Positions 18,959 to 28,389 are shown, counted from the first letter of the whole stretch. The stretch is 60,353 bases of DNA, filler included, from 3 parts of 3 records of this genome joined end to end with filler, not necessarily neighbours in it, one strand, 5' to 3'. The notes: generated from the sequence alone by a model not told the origin. Numbers and translations: made by a program.

Positions 18959-20035
18959 CTAGTGGGCGATGGAAATTGAGACGGCGCCGAATTGCTGGGG
19001 TCCGTCCTGATAGGCAAACTGCTCTGTCCGTGTCACCCAGGTGAACGCGACCTGCACGTCGCGATAGTGAACCACAAGGCCGGCCTGCAGATCCCCGGAG
19101 AGCGCGCGGCGATCTTCCACACGCGCTGAGTCGCGCCAGAGATTGCCGTCCAGGAACATGTCCCGCGCAATGGCGCGTCCGTCGACGCCGATAAAGGCAT
19201 ATCCGCCCCAGGGGTATTCATCTGTCCCCGGAATGAACTCCCCTGCCCCGGCCAGTGCCGGGCGGATGCGCGGCGGACCAAAACCGGAATCGAGATCCCA
19301 GCCAATACGCGCCGTCAGTCCGGTATTCACATAGGTGCGCACATTCCCGAGCGCAAAACCGGCATGGCCGGCAAAATCCGTTTCCAGTCCGAACGGCAGA
19401 TCGAATTTGTCCACCCGCTGCAGGCGTTGCGCGATAATCTCCACACCCGGCTCATCTTTCAGCTGGTGATCCCAACCCTGAGCCCCCGGAATACCCAGCA
19501 TCTTGTGCCAGTTGTTCTGGACAAATTCGCCGCCCGCGGATGGACCGACAATGCCGAGATTGACCTGCAGCGTATCCTGCACGCCCTTGTCCAGATCCGT
19601 CGCCGCGATGGTTGAAGAAAAAGAAAGCCAGCCGGCATAAGGCCGGTCGAGCGGGTCCGGATCCTCCAGCGTAATGTCCTCGGGTGTGAAGATGGCGTGG
19701 GAGAGGCCAAAGCCCTGGCGCAGGTCCGTCCGCTCAACATCGATCCAGGGCAGCCGGGCCGCGACCCATTTCAGGCCGGGATGCACCTCGTCGGCAGCCG
19801 ACACATGTTCGAGGCGCACGCCGTTCGAATAGTTCCGGTCCGTGCCGGAACCGAACATGTCATTCTCGGAAGTCAGTGACCAGACGCCCGGCTTTCGCGG
19901 GGCGACCGGACCGGTATCAGCCCGATCCTCAGCCGATGCGGGCAGCGCCATGACGCAGGTCGCGCCAATGAAAAGGGCCGCTGCAATCCGCGCGGCCCCT
20001 GTCCCAGTCCGTGTTTCAAATCGGGTCAGTTTCAT
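18959..20035 (-). CDS. lpxR: Lipid A 3'-O-deacylase LpxR-family outer-membrane protein (DUF2219)
   Basis: SENDMF...DRNYSNG, IFTP, DRPYAGWL, GIVGPSAGGEFVQNNWH, GWDHQL, LDGN. Confidence 0.88.
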   Translation of the reverse strand: MKLTRFETRTGTGAARIAAALFIGATCVMALPASAEDRADTGPVAPRKPGVWSLTSENDMFGSGTDRNYSNGVRLEHVSAADEVHPGLKWVAARLPWIDVERTDLRQGFGLSHAIFTPEDITLEDPDPLDRPYAGWLSFSSTIAATDLDKGVQDTLQVNLGIVGPSAGGEFVQNNWHKMLGIPGAQGWDHQLKDEPGVEIIAQRLQRVDKFDLPFGLETDFAGHAGFALGNVRTYVNTGLTARIGWDLDSGFGPPRIRPALAGAGEFIPGTDEYPWGGYAFIGVDGRAIARDMFLDGNLWRDSARVEDRRALSGDLQAGLVVHYRDVQVAFTWVTRTEQFAYQDGPQQFGAVSISIAH

Positions 20036-20052
20036 GCCCCGAGCGATAGCAC

Positions 20053-20928
20053 CTAACGGCGCATGGTGAAACTGACACCTGCGAAATCTTCATTCTCGCT
20101 GAAGCCGCCATTGCGGTCGCGATATTTCACTTCCCGGCGGATATAGGACAGCGAAAGCTGGCCGCCGCCGCGCTGTATGGAGACACCCGCCTGAAGGTCA
20201 CCAACGGTCACCTGGTCGGTCAGAGACATGTCACCCAGTTGCGGTGTGAATCCATTCCGGTCCGCATCCCAGACTAGCGCTTCGCCATCGGCGCCCGCGA
20301 ACAGGTACCAGCCCTGGGGCTGTCCGTTCGAGTCCAGCAGGTCAAAGTCCTGACCGATACGGACCTCACCACCGAAACGCTGGGTCAGGATCTCGCCGTC
20401 TTCGCGCACGGCGATACGCGGCGCAACGCCCACGTCGAAGGTGAGGCCTGTCATTTCTTTCGGAGCAGAGAACGCCACTTCGGCAGCGATGTCTTTCTCT
20501 ACCTTGGCCAGCGCCGGGTTCAGCGCGGCTGCAGCAGAGCGCTCAGCCGTGACAGCCGTCAGGGCCCCCGAGCCGGACCAGCCCAATTCAGGCTTGCCGG
20601 TCGATGGGGCCACAAGAGAGCCTGAAGAGAAATCTGCCGGCGTGCCGGAGAAGGCAAGGGTCGCCAATTCGCTGCCAAGGCCCAGCGGCGTGCCGGTAAA
20701 CCGGCTCGGCAGGCCATCAACGACATGGACGGAAATCTCGGCACGGTCAGCTGCAATCGGCGATACCGCTGACTGAGGGCCCGGTGCGGCCATCATCATG
20801 CCGACGGTCGGCGGCACAGCCGGTTCGATCCGCATCTGGTCATGCGGAGAGACGGCCACGCAACCCTGGCAGGCCATCGTCAATACTGCACTGGCAACTG
20901 CAACTACCATTCGACCCACACCTCTCAT
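20053..20928 (-). CDS. Caulobacterales-type LpxR-related outer-membrane protein
   Basis: C-terminal beta-strands GGEVRIG, WYLFAGADGEAL, VGDLQAGV, LSLSYIRRE resemble the C-terminal part of the neighbouring LpxR; start uncertain (20928 or 20910). Confidence 0.65.
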   Translation of the reverse strand: MRGVGRMVVAVASAVLTMACQGCVAVSPHDQMRIEPAVPPTVGMMMAAPGPQSAVSPIAADRAEISVHVVDGLPSRFTGTPLGLGSELATLAFSGTPADFSSGSLVAPSTGKPELGWSGSGALTAVTAERSAAAALNPALAKVEKDIAAEVAFSAPKEMTGLTFDVGVAPRIAVREDGEILTQRFGGEVRIGQDFDLLDSNGQPQGWYLFAGADGEALVWDADRNGFTPQLGDMSLTDQVTVGDLQAGVSIQRGGGQLSLSYIRREVKYRDRNGGFSENEDFAGVSFTMRR

Positions 20929-21313
20929 GGCTGCCTTCCCCGGGTTAGAACCGTTAACGGGAATTAGGCCACTGTTCATTTAATGTAGCATGAAGGCCAC
21001 AGGCGCCTCAAACCACTTTCCACTCAAAAAAGATTAATTCTGATTACTCCAACGCGTTTCTGTGGAGTCAGTTCCAGACTCCGGTTTTTTTAGGATTATT
21101 TCGGGCAATTCTCGCGCCAAATCGCCATTTTTCAGCGTTAACCTATTGAAAAGTTTAGATTTAACGCCCTCAATCCAAACGTGTGAACTGGATGTCATGC
21201 ACCACTCTGACGCGAATTTGTGCATTTCCGACCGAATATGACACACGCAAACGGCGAGAACCTTGTCCAGATTCCCGCCGTGCGCGATCAAATATGCTAC
21301 TTCGGGATGACCC

Positions 21314-23182
21314 TTACTGGCAGGCCAGACACTCGTCATAATCGGTGTTCGGCGTCTCCATCTGACCGGCTTCCGCCTTTTCAGAGCCTGCAAAGGCAGC
21401 CCGCTGAACAGACTTCGAGCGGCAGTAATAGAGCGACTTGAGCCCCTTCTCCCACGCCGTCCAGTGCAGCATGTGCAGGTCCCATTTGGCGATGTCGCCC
21501 GGCAGGAACAGGTTCAGGGACTGCGACTGGCAGATGTACGGCGTACGGTCTGCCGCCAGTTCCACAATCCAGCGCTGGTCGAGTTCGAAAGCGGTCTTGA
21601 ACACGGCGCGCTCATGCTCGTCGAGCTCTTCGAGATGCTGGACCGAGCCTTCATGCTCCAGGATCGAGCCCCAGGTTTCCGGCGTGTTGAGGCCTTTGCT
21701 TTCCAGCAGGGCTTCCAGCTGCGGGTTCTTCACGGTGAAGGAGCCCGACAGGGTCTTGTGGGTGTAGACATTGGCCGGGATCGGCTCGATGCCGGCGGAG
21801 GTGCCGCCGCAGATGATCGAGATCGATGCCGTCGGCGCCACGGCCATCTTGTGGCTGAAGCGGGCCATCATGCCGGCATCGCGTGCGTCTTCACACGGGC
21901 CGCGCTCCTTGGCCAGCTTCACGGATGCCGCATCGGCGCCCTTGCGGACATCCTTGAAGATCTTCTCGTTCCAGACCTTCGCCATGGCGCTTTCCATGGA
22001 GACGTTCATTTTCTGCAGGAAGGAGTGGAAGCCCATCACGCCGAGACCGACCGAGCGCTCGCGCTTGGCGGAATAGACGGCACGTTGCATTTCGGACGGC
22101 GCACGCTCGATGAAGTCTTCCAGCACATTGTCGAGGAAGCGGAAGATGTCTTCCAGGAAGTTCTCGTCCTTCGACCATTCCAGATACTTCTCGGCATTGA
22201 CCGATGAGAGGCAGCAGACGGCCGTCCGGTCCTCGCCGCGGTGATCGACACCGGTCGGCAGGGTGATTTCGGAGCAGAGGTTCGACTGCGTCACCTTCAG
22301 ACCCAGCTTGCGCTGGTGCGCCGGCATGGAATTGTTCACCGTGTCGGTGAACAGCAGATAGGGTTCGCCGGTCTGCATGCGCAGCTCGAGGATCTTCTGC
22401 CACAGTTTGCGGGCGTTGACCGTTTTCAGCACTTCGCCGGTCTTCGGCGAGATCAGGCCGAACTCTTCATCATTGCGGACGGCTTCCATGAAGGCGTCGG
22501 TGATGTTGAGGCCGTGGTGCAGGTTCAGGGACTTGCGGTTGAAGTCGCCCGAGGCCTTGCGGATTTCGAGGAACTCCTCGATTTCCGGGTGGTGGATGTC
22601 GAGGTAGCAGGCTGCCGAGCCGCGGCGGAGCGAGCCCTGCGAGATCGCAAGCGTCAGCGAGTCCATCACGCGGATGAACGGGATGATGCCGGAGGTCTGT
22701 CCGTTCTGGCCGACTTTCTCACCGATGGAGCGGACATTGCCCCAATAGGTGCCGATGCCGCCGCCATTGGAGGCGAGCCAGACGTTCTCGGTCCAGGTGC
22801 CGACGATGTCGTCGAGCGAGTCGCCCACCTGGTTGAGGAAGCAGGAGATCGGCAGGCCGCGATCTGCGCCGCCATTCGAGAGAACGGGCGTCGCCGGCAT
22901 GAACCAGAGCTTCGACATATAGTCATAGAGGCGCTGGGCGTGGGCCTGGTCGTCGGCGAAGGCCTTGGAGACGCGTGCAAACATGTCCTGATAGGACTCG
23001 CCCGGCAGCAGGTAGCGGTCTTCCAGCGTCTTCTTGCCGAATTCGGTGAGGTTTGCGTCGCGGCTGGAGTCGGTCACGACTTCCATGTTCGAAACCACAC
23101 GCAACTGCGTATCCGCACCCGACTTCGGCTTCCCCTTGCGAGGCGCGTTTTCAGTCACAGCGTTGGCGTTGGTTGCAGACAT
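21314..23182 (-). CDS. nrdA: Ribonucleoside-diphosphate reductase class Ia alpha subunit (short form, no recognisable ATP-cone)
   Basis: PATPVLSN, PISCF, SNLCSEI (radical Cys), VCCLSS, APTASIS, LYY, C-terminal ECLACQ; ATG 23182 follows GGAGG. Confidence 0.97.
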   Translation of the reverse strand: MSATNANAVTENAPRKGKPKSGADTQLRVVSNMEVVTDSSRDANLTEFGKKTLEDRYLLPGESYQDMFARVSKAFADDQAHAQRLYDYMSKLWFMPATPVLSNGGADRGLPISCFLNQVGDSLDDIVGTWTENVWLASNGGGIGTYWGNVRSIGEKVGQNGQTSGIIPFIRVMDSLTLAISQGSLRRGSAACYLDIHHPEIEEFLEIRKASGDFNRKSLNLHHGLNITDAFMEAVRNDEEFGLISPKTGEVLKTVNARKLWQKILELRMQTGEPYLLFTDTVNNSMPAHQRKLGLKVTQSNLCSEITLPTGVDHRGEDRTAVCCLSSVNAEKYLEWSKDENFLEDIFRFLDNVLEDFIERAPSEMQRAVYSAKRERSVGLGVMGFHSFLQKMNVSMESAMAKVWNEKIFKDVRKGADAASVKLAKERGPCEDARDAGMMARFSHKMAVAPTASISIICGGTSAGIEPIPANVYTHKTLSGSFTVKNPQLEALLESKGLNTPETWGSILEHEGSVQHLEELDEHERAVFKTAFELDQRWIVELAADRTPYICQSQSLNLFLPGDIAKWDLHMLHWTAWEKGLKSLYYCRSKSVQRAAFAGSEKAEAGQMETPNTDYDECLACQ

Positions 23183-23230
23183 GCGGCAGCCCTCCGGATC
23201 TATTGAAAATATAGGAACTTCAGCCCCAAG

Positions 23231-23277
23231 CGCCAATATGTGGCGCCCTCCGTCGTTCCTGACACTACATATAGTGT
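23231..23277. promoter_or_regulatory. Tandem NrdR boxes upstream of nrdA
   Basis: cgccaatatgtggcgc (23231-23246) and near-consensus acactacatatagtgt (23262-23277), 31 bp apart. Confidence 0.88.
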
Positions 23278-23300
23278 CCGAAGGTTAACACCCGGTCAAC
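23271..23300 (-). promoter_or_regulatory. Putative sigma70 promoter of nrdA with an overlapping CtrA-like box
   Basis: Minus strand TTGACC-N17-CACTAT, with the -10 inside the NrdR box; TTGA-N7-TTAAC differs by one base from TTAA-N7-TTAAC. Confidence 0.5.
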
Positions 23301-23905
23301 GTGGTTTGTCGGGAAAGCTTCACATTCGCCGTGGAAATCTGGTTAACAAAATCTTTCCGGAGCACTGAAAACTCAAGTGCCACGGGCCTTCTGACCTGTG
23401 GAAATCATGAAGGAACGCAGACCAGTGCATGAGGTGGCCGCCGAAAAAACGGGCAAGGCCTGGCCGGCAAAAAGGCGCGAAATCCGGGCCATACACTATC
23501 CCTAGTAGTTGCCTGCCCCCGAACACACGCAGAAAACGATTCCTGTCGCGGCCGATTCCCGGATGAGGCGAGCCGGATGAGTCGTCTCTCCTGCCCCGGA
23601 CAGGCGGAATGAGATGGCATATCGATGAAATGGAGAAGATGAAGGAGACAGGCGAGCGACCCGGGCGGAAAACTCGTTGGGGCTGCTCCGTTCCCGGCCT
23701 GACCCGGTTGGCGAGCGGCCCGTCCGCCACCTGCCTCCCGCGGGCTATATGCGCAGAGGCTGCCCCGGACGCAAGAGCCAGAGTGAGTCCATGACCAGAT
23801 CAAGCCATGACTATGCCGGACTATGACGGACCATCAAATGCTGTCCTGCTGACGATCCCCATGCTAGCCATGACCCAACTTGTTCAAGAATGGGAGGGTT
23901 TCTCA

Positions 23906-25993
23906 ATGAAACAAAGACTGCTCGCGATGGCCGCCGTGGCCGCATTGCTGAGCGCCGCACCGGCGCTCGCACAGGCACAGGAACAGGAAGACGAGGCGCC
24001 GTCCAAGCGCTTCACTGCCGAGCGCGTCTTCGACATGGAATATGCGACGGATCCGCAGGTCTCCCCGGATGGCAAGACGGTCGTCTATGTGCGCCATGCC
24101 ATGGACAAGATGACAGACCGCGACACCGGGCACCTCTGGTCGATCGATCTGGACAGCGGCGCCCACCGTCCGCTGGTGACCGATGTGTCGGCTGGCCGGC
24201 CGCGCTGGTCCCCGGATGGCTCGCGCATCATCTACATGTCTTCGAACGGCAATGGCCCCGAGATGCGCCTCCTTTACCTGGACAGCGGCCGCAGCTTCTC
24301 GCTGGCCCAGTTCACCGAGGAAGGACCGAGCAGCGCCGTCTGGTCGCCGGACGGCAAGCAGGTTGCCTTCTCCATGTTCGTGAAGGGCGAGACGCCGAGC
24401 TTCGCCAAGCCCCTCTCCCCGCCGGAAGGCGCCAAATGGAATGACGGCGTGAAGGTCATCAACGACCTCACCTTCCGCTTCGACGGTGCCGGCTACCTAA
24501 AGGACGGCGCAGAGCAGGTGTTCGTGCTGACCGTCGATGGCGGCACACCGCGCCAGGTGACGTTTGAAGAGGCCGACCTTGGCGGGCCGCAATGGCTGGA
24601 CAATGACACGCTGCTGGTTACCGGCAACCTCGCCGACGACCGGGACATGGATCCGATCGAGAGCGAAATCTACAAGGTCGAGCTGGCCGACAATTCGATC
24701 AGCTCCCTGACCAGCCGCGACGGGCCTGACCTTGGCCCCGTCGTTTCCCCGGATGGCAAGACCATCGCCTTCCGCGGATATGACGATCACCTGAAGGCCT
24801 ATGAGCAGGCCAATCTCTACCTGATGGATGCCGATGGCGGAAACGTCCGGGAACTGGCGGCCGACTTCCCGCTGGAGTTCGGCAGCATCGCGTGGGCCCC
24901 GGACGGCAAGAGCATCCTCGCGCTTTGCGAAGACCATGGCGTGCTCAGCGTTTATGATGTCGAACTGAACGGCGATGTCAGCCAGGTTGTCACCAGTGTC
25001 GGTGGCGCCTCCATCGGGCGCCCCTATGCCGAAGGCAGCTTCTCCGTCAGCGAAGGCCGCCGGCCGGTCATCGCCTACACCGCAGGCTTCTCCGACCGCC
25101 CGGCCGAGGTCGCCACGATCGGCGCCAATGGCAAGAACAACCGTGTCTTGACGGAACTCAATGCCGACGTCCTGCCCTATCTCGACATGGCAAAAGTGGA
25201 AGAGCTTCACGTTGCCTCCAGCGCCGATGGCCGCGAGATCGAGGCGTGGGTTGCCCTGCCGCCTGACTTCAAACCCGATGGCAGCTTCCCGATGATCCTG
25301 GAAATCCATGGCGGGCCATACGCCATGTACTCGCCCTTCTTCGGCAGCGAGATCCAGCGCTATGCCGCTGAAGGCTATGTCACCGTGTGGACCAATCCGC
25401 GCGGCTCGACCGGCTATGGCGAAGAGTTCGCCCAGCTGATCGATCTTGCCTATCCCGGCAATGATTATGACGACCTGATGAGCGTCGTCGATGAACTCGT
25501 CGCGAAAGACTATGTCTCCGAAGATCGCCTGTTCATCACCGGCGGCTCCGGCGGCGGCATCCTGACGGCATGGACCGTGACCAAGACAGACCGTTTCGCG
25601 GCCGCTGCCTCGATCAAACCGGTAATCAACTGGATGACGATGGCTCTCGCCGGCGACATCGCGCAGTTCGTGCGCCGCCACTGGATCCGCGCCGACCCCT
25701 GGGCCGACCCGGAAGCCTTCCTCAAATTCTCGCCGATCCGCTATGTCGACAAGGTGACGACGCCGACCATGATCATGGTGGGTGAGGAAGACTGGCGCAC
25801 GCCCGCCTGGGAAGCCGAGCAGCTCTACACCGCCCTCAAGATGAATGGTGTGGACACGGTTTATGTCCGCGTGCCCGGCTCCCCGCACTATATCGCTTCA
25901 CGTCCGTCCCGCCTGATCGCCAAGACGGACAACATCATGGGCTGGTTCGCGAAGTATGACCCCGCGAAGAAAGAAGAAGAGGCGGAAAACTGA
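23906..25993 (+). CDS. S9-family peptidase (acylaminoacyl/dipeptidyl peptidase) with beta-propeller
   Basis: Signal peptide from ATG 23906 (RBS GGAGG); SPDG repeats; IHGGP, NPRGSTGYG, GGSGGG, DWRTP, catalytic His. Confidence 0.95.
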   Translation: MKQRLLAMAAVAALLSAAPALAQAQEQEDEAPSKRFTAERVFDMEYATDPQVSPDGKTVVYVRHAMDKMTDRDTGHLWSIDLDSGAHRPLVTDVSAGRPRWSPDGSRIIYMSSNGNGPEMRLLYLDSGRSFSLAQFTEEGPSSAVWSPDGKQVAFSMFVKGETPSFAKPLSPPEGAKWNDGVKVINDLTFRFDGAGYLKDGAEQVFVLTVDGGTPRQVTFEEADLGGPQWLDNDTLLVTGNLADDRDMDPIESEIYKVELADNSISSLTSRDGPDLGPVVSPDGKTIAFRGYDDHLKAYEQANLYLMDADGGNVRELAADFPLEFGSIAWAPDGKSILALCEDHGVLSVYDVELNGDVSQVVTSVGGASIGRPYAEGSFSVSEGRRPVIAYTAGFSDRPAEVATIGANGKNNRVLTELNADVLPYLDMAKVEELHVASSADGREIEAWVALPPDFKPDGSFPMILEIHGGPYAMYSPFFGSEIQRYAAEGYVTVWTNPRGSTGYGEEFAQLIDLAYPGNDYDDLMSVVDELVAKDYVSEDRLFITGGSGGGILTAWTVTKTDRFAAAASIKPVINWMTMALAGDIAQFVRRHWIRADPWADPEAFLKFSPIRYVDKVTTPTMIMVGEEDWRTPAWEAEQLYTALKMNGVDTVYVRVPGSPHYIASRPSRLIAKTDNIMGWFAKYDPAKKEEEAEN

Positions 25994-26400
25994 TGCCGGG
26001 ACATCCAGCCCTCGTTGACAGCCTCGGCCTGCTCTCTGAGCGGGCCGGGGATGTGACCGAGCGGGTCTATACTCGGCTGTTCGCGGCGTATCCCGACCTC
26101 GAAGACCTGTTCCTGATGGATACCGATGGCGGGGTGCGCGGCTCAATGCTGGCGCAGGCGTTTGAATGCCTGATCGATCTGGCGGACGGCCCCGGCACGC
26201 TGGCCGAAACCGTGATCCGATCGGAACGAGTCAATCACGATACCTATGATGTGCCCGCCGGCATGTTCGAGATCTTCTTCGACATCATCCGCGATGTGAC
26301 GAAAGAAGTGGCGGGCAGCGACTGGTCGCCGTTGATGGAGGCAGCGTGGACGTCAGTGCTTGCCGACGTTTCGCGCCTCTCCCAGCCCCTGCCCGCCTGA
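25993..26400 (+). CDS. Single-domain globin
   Basis: VYTRLFAAYPDLEDLF (B10 Tyr, CD1 Phe), proximal His in NHDTYDV, WSPLMEAAW; TGATG overlap with the peptidase stop. Confidence 0.8.
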   Translation: MPGHPALVDSLGLLSERAGDVTERVYTRLFAAYPDLEDLFLMDTDGGVRGSMLAQAFECLIDLADGPGTLAETVIRSERVNHDTYDVPAGMFEIFFDIIRDVTKEVAGSDWSPLMEAAWTSVLADVSRLSQPLPA

Positions 26401-26447
26401 AGCGCCGCAGGCCCAGCCTTTGACCCCGGCGCTCCAACCGGAAAACG

Positions 26448-26633
26448 CTAGTCGCTGGCGGGAGACTCGTCGCGCGTGCGGGTCTTTCCTACGCCGATGA
26501 CCATGCCGAGACCGAACAGCGTGAACGCGCCGACCGCGATCCATGAGGCCTATATGCCAAGCAGGAAGGCGCCATAGGCCAGTCCGGCGATGAAGATCAC
26601 CAAGCCGATCAGGTAAAGAGATAAGGACGACAA
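26448..26633 (-). pseudogene. Small two-TM membrane protein gene interrupted by an in-frame TAG
   Basis: Absent from the ORF track. RBS GGGAG then TTG 26633 reads MSSLSLYLIGLVIFIAGLAYGAFLLGI*ASWIAVGAFTLFGLGMVIGVGKTRTRDESPASD*; the internal TAG is at 26552-26550. Confidence 0.7.
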
Positions 26634-26669
26634 GGCGTGTGCTCCCGGTTCTTTATGAGTCCGGGAACA

Positions 26670-26694
26670 AACGTCTCAAGCTGCCGCCGGTTCC
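26670..26694 (-). promoter_or_regulatory. sigmaT/EcfG-type promoter
   Basis: Minus strand GGAAC-N16-CGTT, ending 37 nt upstream of TTG 26633. Confidence 0.7.
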
Positions 26695-26774
26695 GATGAC
26701 CTTGCCGCTTCAGTGCGCCGCAAGATCGCATGAGGTGATGGGGTCACCCAAGGACGAACGCGCCTTATGTTGGA

Positions 26775-28289
26775 TCAGGCCTCGGCCTTCTTGGCGTTGC
26801 GCTTGCGCTCGTGCGGATCGAGGAAGATCTTGCGCAGGCGGATGTTCTCCGGCGTGACTTCCACGAGCTCGTCGTCGGCGATGTAGGCCAGCGACTTTTC
26901 CAGAGTCATCTGAAGCGGCGGCGTGAGGCGCACGGCCTCGTCCGAACCGGAGGCACGCATGTTCGTCAGCTTCTTGCCCTTGAGCACGTTCACTTCGAGA
27001 TCATTGTCGCGCGTGTGCTCGCCGATGATCATGCCGCCATACACCTTGTCGCCCGGATGGATCATCATCGGACCGCGGTCTTCGAGGTTCCAGAGTGCGA
27101 AGGCCACGGCCTCGCCCTGCTCCATCGCGATCAGCACGCCGGTGTGACGGCCCTGGATCTTGCCCTTGTGCGGGGCATATTCGTGGAAGACGCGGTTCAT
27201 GATGGCCGTGCCGCGCGTATCGGACAGCAGCTCGCCCTGGTAACCGATCAGGCCGCGCGTCGGTGCGTGGAACACCATGCGCGTGCGGCCCGCGCCGGAG
27301 GGGCGCATGTCCAGCATGTCGGCTTTGCGCTCGGACAGTTTCTGCACGACAATGCCGGAATGCTCGTCATCGACGTCGATGACCACTTCCTCGATCGGCT
27401 CGAGCTTGTTGCCGCTCTCGTCTTCCTGCATCACGACCTGCGGACGCGAGACGCCGAGTTCGAAGCCTTCGCGGCGCATCGTCTCGATGAGGACGGCCAG
27501 CTGGAGTTCGCCCCGGCCGGACACGGTGAACGCTTCGGCATCCGAGGCGCGTTCCACTTTCAGCGCGACGTTGCCTTCGGCTTCCTTCAGCAGGCGGTCC
27601 CAGATCATCCGGCTGGTCACCTTGGTGCCTTCGGTGCCGGCAAGCGGGCTGTCATTGACGCGGAAGGTCATGGAGATGGTCGGCGGGTCGATCGGCTGGG
27701 CGGCGATCGGCTCGGTGACGGACGGATCGCAGAACGTGTCGGCGACGTTCGCCTTGGTCATGCCGGCCAGGGAAACAATGTCACCGGCCTGCGCTTCTTC
27801 GACCGGCACGCGCTCCAGTCCGCGGAAGGCCAGCACTTTCGAAACGCGGCCCTGCTCAACGAGACCGCCTTCGCGGTTCAGCACCTTGATCGTCTGGTTC
27901 GGCTTGATGCTACCGGAGGCGACACGGCCGGTCAGGATACGGCCGAGGAAGTTGTCGGCGGAAATCGTGGTGGCGAGGAAGCGGAACGGGCCCTCTTCCA
28001 CTTTCGGCGTCGGCACATGATCCACGACCAGCTGGAACAGCTCGTCCATGTTCGCAGCCGGCGTTTCATACTGTTTCGACATCCAGCCCTGCTTGGCCGA
28101 GCCGTAGAGGATCGGGAAGTCGAGCTGCTCGTCGGTGGCGTCGAGGTTGGCAAACAGGTCGAACACGTCATTGACCACTTCGTCCGGTCGGCGCTCCGGC
28201 TTGTCGATCTTGTTGACGGCAACGATCGGCTTCAGGCCGACTTTCAGCGCCTTGGACACCACGAACTTGGTCTGCGGCATCGGGCCTTC
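26775..28289 (-). CDS. typA: Translational GTPase TypA/BipA (5' end lost at the contig break)
   Basis: GPMPQTKFV, NKID, VSGRGELQL, ETMRREGFE, KKLTNMRASGSDE, DDELVEVTP. Confidence 0.97.
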   Translation of the reverse strand, partial: EGPMPQTKFVVSKALKVGLKPIVAVNKIDKPERRPDEVVNDVFDLFANLDATDEQLDFPILYGSAKQGWMSKQYETPAANMDELFQLVVDHVPTPKVEEGPFRFLATTISADNFLGRILTGRVASGSIKPNQTIKVLNREGGLVEQGRVSKVLAFRGLERVPVEEAQAGDIVSLAGMTKANVADTFCDPSVTEPIAAQPIDPPTISMTFRVNDSPLAGTEGTKVTSRMIWDRLLKEAEGNVALKVERASDAEAFTVSGRGELQLAVLIETMRREGFELGVSRPQVVMQEDESGNKLEPIEEVVIDVDDEHSGIVVQKLSERKADMLDMRPSGAGRTRMVFHAPTRGLIGYQGELLSDTRGTAIMNRVFHEYAPHKGKIQGRHTGVLIAMEQGEAVAFALWNLEDRGPMMIHPGDKVYGGMIIGEHTRDNDLEVNVLKGKKLTNMRASGSDEAVRLTPPLQMTLEKSLAYIADDELVEVTPENIRLRKIFLDPHERKRNAKKAEA

Positions 28290-28389
28290 NNNNNNNNNNN
28301 NNNNNNNNNNNNNNNNNNNNNNNNNNNNNNNNNTTAATTAATTAANNNNNNNNNNNNNNNNNNNNNNNNNNNNNNNNNNNNNNNNNNNN
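28290..28389. other. Artificial contig linker
   Basis: 44 N, then TTAATTAATTAA (28334-28345, stop codons in all six frames), then 44 N. Confidence 0.98.

Noticed and set aside
28334..28345. TTAATTAATTAA as a biological att or regulatory site
   Set aside because: Embedded in N runs and repeated identically at 51322; an assembly linker.
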